A DNA stretch of 53,207 nt, filler included, from Streblomastix strix (taxonomy: Eukaryota), in NCBI GenBank assembly GCA_008636045.1. It is 3 parts of 3 records of this genome, joined end to end, with 100 filler letters (N's around TTAATTAATTAA, not from the genome) between each part and the next. Parts side by side here need not be neighbours in the genome. Positions count along the whole stretch, not along the records: positions 17,782 to 35,444 come from SNRW01000686.1; 2 more parts are not named here. The stretch is one strand, 5' to 3'. Positions within the stretch are counted from its first letter, which is position 1, and each line of letters begins with the position of its first letter. The notes below the pieces were generated by a model. That model was not told the DNA's origin and did no database searches. It worked only from the letters and a program-made list of their open reading frames with translations. A program made the translations under genes and the position numbers. This document shows positions 22,901-35,544 of the stretch, piece after piece.

Positions 22901-25900
22901 GATTTTATAGATGCGGTTACTACCGCAGATAGTTGTAAGTTTACTTGGAGGAAGATATGCGTAAGTTGTTGTTGACTCTCCCCTTCAATTCCTTTCATAT
23001 GCAACACTTACTTAACCAGAGACGAGCTCAGGAATCACAATACTCCCTCCACAATAGAAGCAGTCTCCATAAGGGAAATCAAAGTGGATCAGTCAGATGG
23101 TTGCTAATGATAAATAGGACTAAATTTCTTTGGTATAAAATGGACAAAAAGCTTCTTCTCATCCAAAATAATAAATTTAAACTCCTTCTTTATCCTTACA
23201 ATAATAACATATTTTTCAGAAAGGTGGTAAAATAACATTGAATACTAACAGTTAATCCAATAACATTCCAATTTCTCAACAACTTATCATTTTCTTATCA
23301 AAGCAACAAAGTATATTTTTTGATTTGGAATCAAAGTTCTAAGGTTTCTATATTCGACTCATGGATGCTGAAAGGGATATTCTCCGAAATTTCACTTCAA
23401 AGATAGTTCCATTATATTAAAATATTCGCGATTAAAATATATTTATATTAGAGAGAGATTTTATTTAGATGATTGGATAGTAAAATTATTAATTATCACC
23501 ATAATTTCAACAGAAAAAACTCAGCGAATTATTCAGTTAAACGATGATAGATTAAATTGAGTCAAATTAAAGCCCAACATTTTCACTTTCTCGATCAATA
23601 GGAGCTTAAAAACAACTTGAATTTCACGGAGAAGAAAGCAAGAGCTCTAAACAAGATAAAACTCAAACATTGAAAAGTAAGAATAAAAAAAGAAACTAAT
23701 TGATTCTTGAAGATATTATTCTTAATATACCAGAAGAACTGCAGAGAGGAATTGAAACTATGATGCAACTACACAAACATGGATTCTGGCCTCGGCTTGT
23801 GAGTGTGGCTGGATCAATGCGTAGGCGTCTTTTTGGGATGGTGACAGTGCGTCGTAACATTTCATCTGCACAAGAAGTACTCAATGGAAGATCTGAGATG
23901 CTTCGTACGATTCATCCATTGACACTTCCTCTTCTTACTCCTCATTTGAAGCAGTATGAAGAAAGAGTATAAACATGTTTGCATACAATTTCATGGGGTG
24001 CAATGACAACCGAGTTGGAATTACAGAAACTTGGAGCGCTGACTGTGTAAATGCAGCAACTAACTTCCAGAGTGGCAGAAAGAGCCAGGTAATGCGATGC
24101 GCTTCTGTTATAAGTTGGAAAAACACGTTTTATCAATGTCCCACCAGGGATCCACACATACGATCTGAAGATCTTGGAGAAAGTGTTCCAAATAAGTTTA
24201 GAGTCTGGATGTCGAATTATAAATGCAGCTGCAGTGTAAGTACAAATAAACATTGCAAGAATGCTGGATGAAGCATGCAAAGCATATTGTGCTATATTTT
24301 GCTAAGAGAGTTTAAGAGAAAGAGAAGAAAGGCTACTTGGAGATGAAAGGAAAAAGTAATTAAATGAAGATTAATAATACTAGGACTCGTTATAAAACTA
24401 AAAAATAGACATGTAAGGTAAAAAAAATTTGGTCGATGATGAACGGATTGTTTGGAATGAAAATAATCTACAAAAATAACTTCAGAAATCTTCTCGTTCA
24501 CTTATTCATAATAAATCCCATCACTCAATCAACCAAGCACAATATAGCATAAGCAGTTTATTCAACACAGACGATTGGTTGGTAACAGATGATGGAAAGG
24601 AGGGAGATATTGAAAATGAAAGAGATTATAGAAATGATTAAAATAGTTTTAGCAGGCTTTTTCCAGGGTAAATAAGTAAATCCAAATCGACATGGACTTT
24701 TAATAAGAATGAAGACAAATCAAAAGAAACAGATGAAGAAGAAATTGGAAGTATGAAATTGAATCGATAAGATTCCTTTTATAGCAGATACACTTCAGAT
24801 GCTGAAGAAAGTATGCAAGATGATATGTCAGAAACATCGAGTTTTTCACAATTAAGTGAATTTTCATCTTATGATTCACTTGAAACTTTGGAGGAATTAA
24901 GTAAGCCAAAATCAATGATATCGTCATAATCACTAAAGCGGTTTCTGAAAAGATAAAATAGATGGGGAAGGAGGAATAGTGCATTAATTATGCAATAAAT
25001 TGAGAAAAGAAGAGGTATGAAATAAATTTAGAATGATAAAAGAAATTCCAAAGAAAGGATGGACAATTTTGAGATTCCAAAAGATACTTTTGATGCTGAG
25101 ATGGTGATGGGAAAATAAAAGATGAGAACTAGAAAAATGATGGAATAAAAAGCAGCAGAAGAGAAAAATAATCAAAAAAGCGATAGGAATAATTTTGGGT
25201 TAAATTCAAGTTAATAAAGAAAAAACTATTTGTCTTCTGATTAATTTAGTATTGGACAAAGTCGATCCAATTCTTCTTTTTAAAATAGAGGTGAGGATAA
25301 TGAGGATGAAAATATGTTTGACAATTAATCTATGAGATCTGAAGCATCAGGAAACACTTAATAAATGAGGATGAATAGAATGCTTCAAAGTGGAACTAGA
25401 TCGCCTAATTTGATGGCAGATAGAAAAAGGAGGGACAATGAACAGTCTTAGAGAAAAAAAGATAGTAAAATGATTAGGAGAGATATTCTTAGTGGAAATA
25501 AATTTGAGTATGATGATGCTGAAGCTACTTGGGGACCTGAGATAAAAGGCTATTTCGCAGATAAAGGACAGGATAATGAAGATATATCTTTGACTCAGGC
25601 AAAAACAGCTGTAGAATTCTTCTTACATCATAGAGATAATAAATTTGAGGGACCTCTCTCTGTTCTGGAGAAAATAATAATTGGATGTCGTTAGATGTTG
25701 AAATCATTCATGGAGGTTATGTTGAACTGTTTACATCATTCGGTTCTCTACTCTTTAAGATTCTTTAGATTCTTCTTTACTCCATTGTCTTCTTATTACG
25801 AAATATCCAATAATAAATTAATTAATAAATTTACTGATGAAGAATACGATAACGACAATGATGATGGAGAAAACTGCTCAAAGAATGTACAGAACAGTTA

Positions 25901-28900
25901 TGGATAGCAACATATTCACCTTTAACGAACATAAGAAACTTTTTCACAAATATAACAATTAAAATTAGAAAAACTTAAAAGTTCTAAATCGAAATAAAAA
26001 TAGAAAATTGTTTAAAAAGTTGAATATTAAGCAATGACGATGATGATTCAAATTTCTTTTTCAGTTGAAGATGGATTCACTCTTTCACCTTCGTAAGATG
26101 ATTATGAGTCATATTTCAAAAGGATGATTGTCATTGTGCTGAGAGATGCATGCAAACTTGAGCCTTGGGATGAAGAAGCGATTATGTAAAGGTGGCTGCG
26201 AATTAGGAACCACAAAAGAGAGAAAATTAAAAGACTTTATACACCACAAAGTGGAATATTAACCAATTAATACAATCAAAATGCTGATTTAAATACAGAA
26301 GGAAATAATACATATAATAATGTCAACAATATTGAATAATAAAAATCAATAAATTAAGAAATTAAAGGTGTATCTCCATTGATTTAATAAAATATTTTAG
26401 CGAAATAAGTCGAAAACGAAAAGATTACTCAAAGCGAACGAAGAAAAAAAGATGAAACTATGAATTTAAAAAATAATTATTATGGAGAGTTGAAATGGAG
26501 AGAAGAGTAAGAAATAATGTGGAAAGCACTTTTTGAATCTAATGTTTTAATCCGCGAATCTTTTCAAATTTCTGGAACCATTCCTTAATTTTGCCTTATA
26601 GTCAAATCACTTCGTTAGAGATTTAAACTTTTTGATTTTATCTTCTAATATGATCCACGAACAATATCCAATGAAATTCTATTCATTTAGAAAATTCCAC
26701 ATCACATCAGAGATCTTCCTACTTTTGCATACCCAACCACATTCATTTCATTAAATAAAATAAAATCGAAGATTGCTGCTGAATAAAATCAATAAACTGA
26801 AGAATTACAGAATCTTCACAATTAATCAACACCCCAAAGTATGAAAATTTAAACACCAGTATCATAAAGCGCTCCCTCAACTTTTTCTCTTATTGTACCA
26901 AGAATTATTGAAAACGAGAGAAAAGAAAGTAGTTTGAAAATATAAGAAAATAAAGATTTTAGTAATGATTTTAGCATTTCATCCGATAATCAATCAATTA
27001 CATATTAAAACGATTAAACTATGGAAGATAAAATATTATAGAAGTAAAATTAAAAAGATGAGAAAACATATGAGAGTTAATCTAGTTTTGATGAAATTCT
27101 TTTTCCGATTATCACAGATCCAACTACAGATTTTGATTAACAAACAAATCTTCAAATATAAATTGCATCTAAATCCTCATTTACTACAATATTAGATGAA
27201 TCTTCTGAAGTTGTTGTAGGAGTAGATAAATAATTCTTAAAAAAATAAAAAAAGGATAAAAACTTTTTAGAAATGATTGCATATCCACCACATAAATACT
27301 AAATTACAGTTTCTCGCATCCTTCCAGATCCAACTTCTCCAAAGTCCATATTTATACCTGATGAGTAACCATATAAATGTTCACATTGCCACACAGCTTG
27401 TTGTTCATTTGTATCTCTTTCAAATCATGTACGTCTTTGCTTGAAAGGAAAATCGGAGAGAATAATTAAAAGATAATTATATGTTGTAATGCTTGAATAT
27501 ATTCGCCGTTCATTGGATCGAATCTGCAAATGGGAAACAATACTACTTGCAATCCTTCCTCTTCATCTTCAGAATTTTAAATCTGGAGAAATTATTGGTA
27601 TCGGAGTAGAATCTTAAGAAGGAAAAAAAGATTAAGAATAAGATCTATTCAAATATGAACCTTAAATTGAGAAAACCCAGGAATAAACCTAAAATTTTGA
27701 TGACACACAATCGGTAAATACTGGAGATCAAAAGAGTATTATTCTCAGAGCAAAGACCGAAAATAAAGATAATTAAAGTAAATCAGTATTACATGAAGGA
27801 AAAATATAATAAAACAAGAATGAAGAATGGATATAGAAGATGTAAGAGATGGGAGCATAAAATATTGAAATTTAATTTCCAGTAGTAAATTCTGCATTAT
27901 CTTCGCAGGTTCAACATGAGATTCTTTCAATTGTTATAGCTTTGTTTTAGCCTTCCTAGGTTACAATACATTAGTCTATTGTCTATGCAAATTCACTTAT
28001 TGAACCATTTTTGAATGTGCTGGGAACATGGAAGACTCAATTATGCAAAGCACTTGAAGAGCAACTTATTGAAATTTTAGACTATGTCTTCGAATCTTTG
28101 CTTGAAATTGAACAAATACTGTCATCTGATAAATAAGTATAAATCAAATCGAGAAATACTAATAACGAATCTACTGATGGGAAAAGGAATCATTCATCAA
28201 AGCACTGGCACAAAAGACTTTAAGATAATAATTAAAGCGGAGAATAAGGAAACTTACAATAAGTGAAGTAAAACTTTGGAAATGTCGCAGGAAGTTTGGG
28301 AGTTAAAGGTATTTTTTTTTACTTTATTTTTATTTTCATATAAAATTTCATAATTAATTCAAATATTTATAAAATAGCAATTAACAAAGGTGAGAGATTA
28401 TAGATTAATTTGAACACTGCAGATGACATCTCACGAACTATCTATGCATTGCGAAAGTTAGATGATCTCCCTGTAGATTTTATGAATGCATTTGAGGACA
28501 TAGAAGATGGAATTGCAACATTACGAATATACCGTAAAGGGATGAATGAAAATGATCAATTGATACAACAACAGCAAGAAGCTGAAGAAATGCATAAATA
28601 AATACTGACATGGAGAAGCGATTTTAGTAAATAATTTGAGCTTAGAAAGTCTTTATTAGGTAGTTAGCTTGTTAATGATAAATAACATTTGGAACTTGGA
28701 ATGGACGTTATTTTGCACCTTGTTCGGGAATATGAAGCAAAGAATCTTGGTTCAGATGATAACAGCGAAGAGACGGTGGAAAAACGAGCTGAAATGACAG
28801 CAATGTATTTGATTCATCTTACTGAGACTCAACAGAAGATGATTGATATGAATGAAGAAGAGCGCATTCTTGGCCATACAACAACAACATCAATTGAATT

Positions 28901-31900
28901 TGATGAATAATTGGCCAGATTTAAGTACTTTGCAAAGGTATCAGGTACATTGATGGAGTTTCAGAGGTGGATAGTTGCTGTAAAAGGAAGACCTGTGTTT
29001 CTGGCTGACTTTTAATAAATAAGCAGATAACTGCATCACTTCGAATCTGCTACAAGTGCAATAGCTGTATTACGACTTGAATGCAATGAAAAGACGGTGC
29101 TTGACGAGGATCCAATGGAAAAAGAACTTACAAGAGATGTTGATTGGATTAAACAACCATTGGAAGTGATTTCACTTATAACTGTTAAAGATTTCCGTTC
29201 TAAGCACTGGGTGAAAATTGCTAAACTTTTGGACAACCATGCAATTTGTGAAGGTATAAACGATTCAACAGTTTGGTCCCCTCAGATAGGAACAATTCTT
29301 GATAGTTAGATAGAGAAGCACTTGGATAGCATTCATCGTATTATTGACTTTGCTAAAGGTGAAAGAAGAGTTTAGGATGACCTCTTTGCTTTGGAGAATA
29401 GATGGGAAACAGAAATGAGACTTCGATTCTTAGAGACACCAAATGTCACATCGAATTTAGATAAGGAATGGAGAATGTAGAGATTGAGTAGGGAACATCA
29501 GAAGAAATAAAAAGGGAAAAACTAAAAGAAGAATTTAGATAGACATGGAGAAACAGGAACACAAAATGTTCAATAAATCAATGTAGATACAAATGATGTG
29601 GTTTGCGACGAATCCTGCAATGAAATCATTACAGCTGCACATTAGGCACTGATTGATATTTCATCTTTGACATATGTGAAGCATGTCTAACAACATATGG
29701 GGAAGTTACAATAACTGAACAAGAATATTGGATGTCTTCCTGATCTATTATCATAGTTTGTTGATGCATAGAGATTGTGGGTAATGTTGCTAGCTTTGTT
29801 TAGGAATGATGTTAATAGATCAGTTCTGTAGAGTGAGACAAGGTTATTCTCCAAGATAAGGGAAGATTGGTTGCGGATACTTGAAAAGATTAGGTCTGAT
29901 TAGATTGTGATCCATTGCTTTGTTCGAGGAGGTTTTATCAGCAGTGTACTTCCTGCAGTTCATACACAGTTAATTCATTGCAAAGACTTAGTGATGCCGT
30001 TTATCCAATAAAAGAGAGAACTTTTCCCTCGTCTCTTCCTTCTTAGTGAAGCAGACATGTTCACCAGTGTGAGTTTTGCGAGTGATTTTGATGAACCCAC
30101 TCGCATTGTCAGAATGTTGTATCCTGGGTTTATTTCTATGAAAGCTACAACTGAAAAAGTTTATAACAAACATAGAAGGAAAGATAATTACAAAGGCAGA
30201 ACAGAAAGCGATGAATTAATTGGAGGTCGAGGATAATGGAGTAGTAGTTTTAGTGGAGACAGTGCAAATGATTAATACGGAGATGATAATTCATCTGCAT
30301 CTCAAAATAAGGAATTGGATAAAGCAGCTCTGTTGAGTGAGATGATGGAAGAGTAGAATATGAATGAAGAAGATGAAAATGGAGTGAGGATTGGTTAGAA
30401 ATCATTTGATGGAAAATTTGATCTTAAGTAAAAAGGATAAGTAAAAATATAATCATAACAAATTAAAAAAGTAGGAACAGGCATTGTATCTCAAGATGAA
30501 TTAACCAAAACAACTACACCAACTGGAAAATTAGTTTTAAACAGAAATTAAAAGCAAATCGGTGAGATATAATAAAAAAGCGATGATAAAAATGAAGAAA
30601 TTGCTGCTGAAGTTGATGAAAGTAGCAGCACTTCATTATCTAATGAATTTGATTATATGGAATAATATTATATAATGCCTACTCTCAAATAATCAGCCAG
30701 AATGCGACGAGTCATTATGAAGATCGAGAAACGAGAATTAATGCAATAGATTGTTGAGATCAAGCGAAAACTTGGTTAATTTGCAGCTTTTGCATCTGAT
30801 TCATCTGAAGAAGGATTTGAAAAGAAAGACAAATATCAAAAGAAAAAATTTGAAATTGAGCGCGAAAGAAAAATGAGGTAAAGAAACGATGCAAAGTAAT
30901 TAGAAGATGCATCTAAATTGAGAAGGAAAGAGACTGCAATGCATTATGGAAAGTCAGATAAAGAATAAGGTGATGATGGAAAGGAGACCAAAGATGGAGA
31001 CGCTCATTCAAAGAGACAAGAATATGCAGATGGAGTCAACAGTCCAGCTTCACTGATTCCAAGTTAAGTATCTGATTCAGGGAGTAGTCTGGGGAGTAGT
31101 ATATTAGATGGGAGAGAATTAGTATAGAGCAGAGCATTCTCTGAAGCACCTGGTGGGAGACCAAGAGATTACAATGAGTATAATGATTATTAGGTTGGGA
31201 ATGAAGATGGAATTATTGGTCCTGCAAACACAGCAGCATATTAACAAGCTAGGAGACAATCAGTATCAGAATTTAATGAGACAAAATCTGTGAAAGAAGA
31301 ATTAGTCTCAAAACCACTTGTGCGTATGTTGACACGAGCAAGGAGATCACTTCATGCATCAATGGAGAGAGAAAGAAGTTAAAGATCAGTTGACAGAGGA
31401 AGACGACAGGTGTTGAAACACGCTCAAAAAACGGCAGAATTAATTAATGCTGCAAAAGCAGCTCAAGCAGCAGCAGAATAACAACTCGCTAGTCAGATGA
31501 TGGTATCACCGCGTGCTCGTAATGTTTAATAATCTCAGTCATATGATCCCGTGGGGATGAATAACCAATCAAAAATAGCCCACTAATAAATGAGAGGATC
31601 TGCGAATGTTAGTGATTATGACAATCAAAGTGCAATGGATGAAGATGATGATGAAGAAAGCAGTAATACTGAGGATCAAAATGAATTATCAGAGTTTATT
31701 GCTTAAAATGCAGTTCATAGAGTTGGATCAAAAGTTTTGGTTAGCAATTAGAAAACATAAAAACTAATTAATTCGCAAAATATTAGTGAATCTTAATCAT
31801 TAAAGAGTTCGATATCTCGAAATTCAAGCATAAAATCAGGATAAAAATAAGGAAAATAGAAAGATTCAACAACTAAAAAAACTCGAAGATAAAAAGTAGT

Positions 31901-34900
31901 TCAGGAAAAAGAAATAGTTTCTATTGAAGAACAATCCAAAAGATTGCCTTTCAATATTTCGTAAAGACGATTAGACAGTATTGAAAGTTCAAGATAGTAA
32001 AATGGAGCAGATTTTTTAAAATCAGGATCAAGAGGAAGGTTAGATCATAATAAGAAAAATATAAAAAATTCAATGACAAAGATAGAATCTGTTTCACAAT
32101 TTGAAAGTGATGCTTCACATGACGAAGAGAGTGTCAATTCAAAGCAGAAAGAGCAAACTGATATATCAGATTTGATATCAACAAATAGTGAGATTAAGAA
32201 ATGGCATATTAAAGGGAAAGATGTAAAATAAGAAAAACAAGAGAATGAAAGTGAAAGCGAAAGTGAAAGTGAATCTGAAACGGAAGAAGTTGGTAGCGAA
32301 GTGATAATATTATTAATTCTTGGTATAGATGGATTTATGGGAGAATTTTTACCATTTGAACAACCTATTATGTTTATACCAGGATCAGATCCAATTGCAT
32401 TTTATCAATAATTTGAAAGTGCGATACAAAACTCGGTGCGAACGTCTGTTTTGGATGGCGTATTGAAGTATCATCGTCTTGTGCACTATAAGAAGATATC
32501 AAACAATAATGCTCTACATCGATCAAATATAGAAAAGGAAATATTAAGAAGGAATACAGAAATATCAAAATATAAAGATTCTGATGATGAATAAGGTAAA
32601 AATAATAAGAATAATTAGAAATTCAATAATGCTGGTAAAAGTGATGAAGGTTTATAAATAAATTAAAATGATTCGTAGAGAGGAAGAGATACTAGAGACG
32701 ATAAAGGAAAAATGGAAAAGGACGAGAAAGAAGATATTGAAGGTCTATTAACACTTAAAACTAAAGATCCTCGATTAAAGAAAACTATTGAAAAAGTCGG
32801 AGGATTGCAGAGAAGTAAAGCTTTGCTTGATATTGATTAAGGATTCAATGACTTGGAAATATACTAGCCAACAGATGAGGAGAATTATGACTATGAAAAT
32901 AATGGTGAAGAAGATACTGAAGATTTGGAGAATATGGATGAAATTGAAACAAAAAGGTTGATGTTCAATATAAACAAGACAATAAAGACAATGATTGCAG
33001 GATAAGCTAAATCTGACGAAGATGATCTATAAAGTAATGTTAGTTTGCGGAGTATTGATGTAGGAATTGATGGAGAGACCTAAGAAAGGAAAACAAGGAA
33101 AGAAATCGAATCATCAAATTAAGATATACTTAATAATTATCATTTCTTTGATGAAGTAAAGTAGAAGGATTAATCCAGAATTGAATTGATGAAAGAGCAC
33201 AACACAATTGATAATTATTAACACAACTAAAGCAGTATGAATTTATTTTCAAAAAGGAATCGGCCAAGCATAAGGTAAAGTCGAAGCTCATTTGCGTAAC
33301 TGAAAAGAGATATTAAATATGAAAATATAAATAATGAAGATGATGTTGGGATAAAAATGGTGGAGCGATACAGATTCCGACAGTTTGAGACAGGCGTGAT
33401 TGATGATCTGAGGTTCTTACACAAGTAGAAGTTATTCCGACTACATTTCAAACGATCATTCCCATAATGCCAGACTTTTATTAGATCCACGACAGCACAA
33501 GCAATTTTTTTCAGTTTTGTTGCTCATAACAACTCAGAGATTTTGGATAATCTGGAGTAATTTGAGATATTTGTAGATCTTGAAGCAGAAATTGAGTGGA
33601 ATAAAAAGAAATTATTTAACCAACTTAGCAATCACATCCACAAGGAACACGAAAAAGAAAAACGTGTACAATATGAAATATAATTAAGAAAGTTGAAGAA
33701 TAGTTTTGATATTAAAACTCCAGAGGAGAGAGAAATAGAAAATGTTTAGATATAAAATATGAATACCGATGTTTAGAACATGACTGCTTTACTATAGTAT
33801 GGAAATGAATTGAGACGCCACTTTATTGAGATTGTCAATACTTTTGGTCATATAAGGATCGACATACAATATCTTTTATAGTCACTTTAGTTGGTTATTT
33901 TTTCTGGCGCTGATGCACTCCAGCGTGTGAAAGCTGAGCATGCAATGATGGCAATACTTCCTTCACTTAGCATCTTAAATGTTTTGACCAGAGAGACTTT
34001 ACTTCGAGAAGGAAGAAAGCAATCATTTGCAGAAGGAATATTCTCAACATCCTTACCAGCAATATTAGTACCTCGAAGCGAATAGACAACATAATATATT
34101 ACATAACTATATGCACCATTGATTAGATTATTAAAACGTCACAATATTAACAAAATATAAAATAAAGGAATAGAAGATAGACAGAAACATATTAAACTGC
34201 CTTTCTATGATCTGGGTTAAAGGGAAGATGAGGAAGATGAATTTTTAGAAAAAGATGAGATTATTTTCAGAGAAAAAGGTAAAAATGGAAAGACTTAACG
34301 AGATGAAGTGAAGAATGTTCATTTATAAGGATTAAGATCGTAATAACTGAAACAGACCAGAGTTGTATTTGGAGATGCATCTGTTCCATATGGTTTCAAT
34401 TATCTTTCTGTAACTGCCTCTTCTATAAGCACAATTTTCACAGCTATTCCTCCACCAGAACCATTTGACGATACTATTGGAGATATATCTCAGATGACTA
34501 ATGTTACACTCACGATGACTGACTTATGGAATGATATGGCAAGAAATATAGCATCAAACTTTACTGCACTTCCCCCAAATGTGCTTGATCAAGATCCAAA
34601 ACGTCCAACATCGATATTCACACTACTATAAGGAGAATCTAAGACATATTAAATGGACCGCATTCGAGAAATGTCCATTTACTGTGGAAGGACCATTTTT
34701 ATTCTTGATGTTTCTGAATATATGCATCCTGTATACACTTTACTCCCATTTATCAGAGGTATAGTTGGAAGCGGTACTTGGGGATGCTTCAAAGGTGCAT
34801 TTAGAATGAATACAGCTCTATTAAGTTGGGTTGGACAGCTCATGGATTGTGTCGCTATTGCATCCTACAATGGATAAAGAAGATGCCATCTTACTGAAGA

Positions 34901-35444
34901 GATCAACACAAGCGTTATTCCTGGGTTCCACTTCTTCTTTGTTACTGATGCAAAGTTGAGTGCAGAAGAATTACCAATGACAGTTAGAAGAAGATTCAGA
35001 AACTTGACTGTCTAAGCTCCTGTTGCACAGAACGATCTTTATGGATCTCTTATTCTTAGTGGATTCAAATATTCTCATGTTCTTTCAAAGAGAGTCATTT
35101 CACTTCTTGAAATATACTCGCAGAGATATACTAGTCACAATAAATCTGTTCTTGCAATTGCAAGTGTGGTTGGTTTGACTGCCCGACCATATTTCATCAA
35201 GGCAATTAACAGATATTTCAGACCAATCACTACAGCACTATTTTAAAATTCAACACTCCTATCTTCACCTATTTTAAAGTGGCTGAATTCAAATTCAATT
35301 GATTGGAACGAATATGATTCTATAGATAATATAGATGAAAAAGATTGGGTTCATTAAAATAAATCAATAATAGGGTTAGAAGAATTAGAATTAGCAAGAT
35401 ATGTAGATACTAAAGATAGAGCTAAGATGGAGGCAGCATTTAAG
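19947..35444 (+). CDS. Divergent dynein heavy chain (tail, linker and AAA1), 3'-truncated by the contig end, over 5100 codons
   Basis: One frame under TAA/TAG=Gln in every stretch I translated. Dynein motifs include KDFRSKHWVKI, QRLWVMLLALF, FIQQKRELFPRLFLLSEADM, GIDGFMGEFLPF, PYGFNYL, GIVGSGTWGCF, ELPMTVRRRFRNLTVQAP and LILSGF..S.VLSKR. Confidence 0.92.
28309..28377 (+). other. Probable 69-nt spliceosomal intron in the dynein gene
   Basis: GTATTT...AAATAG, extremely AT-rich against the flanking exons. It is phase 1 and its removal preserves the frame. Confidence 0.75.
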
Positions 35445-35544
35445 NNNNNNNNNNNNNNNNNNNNNNNNNNNNNNNNNNNNNNNNNNNNTTAATTAATTAA
35501 NNNNNNNNNNNNNNNNNNNNNNNNNNNNNNNNNNNNNNNNNNNN
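35445..35544. other. Artificial contig-joining linker
   Basis: 100-nt N run with a central TTAATTAATTAA. Confidence 0.99.
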
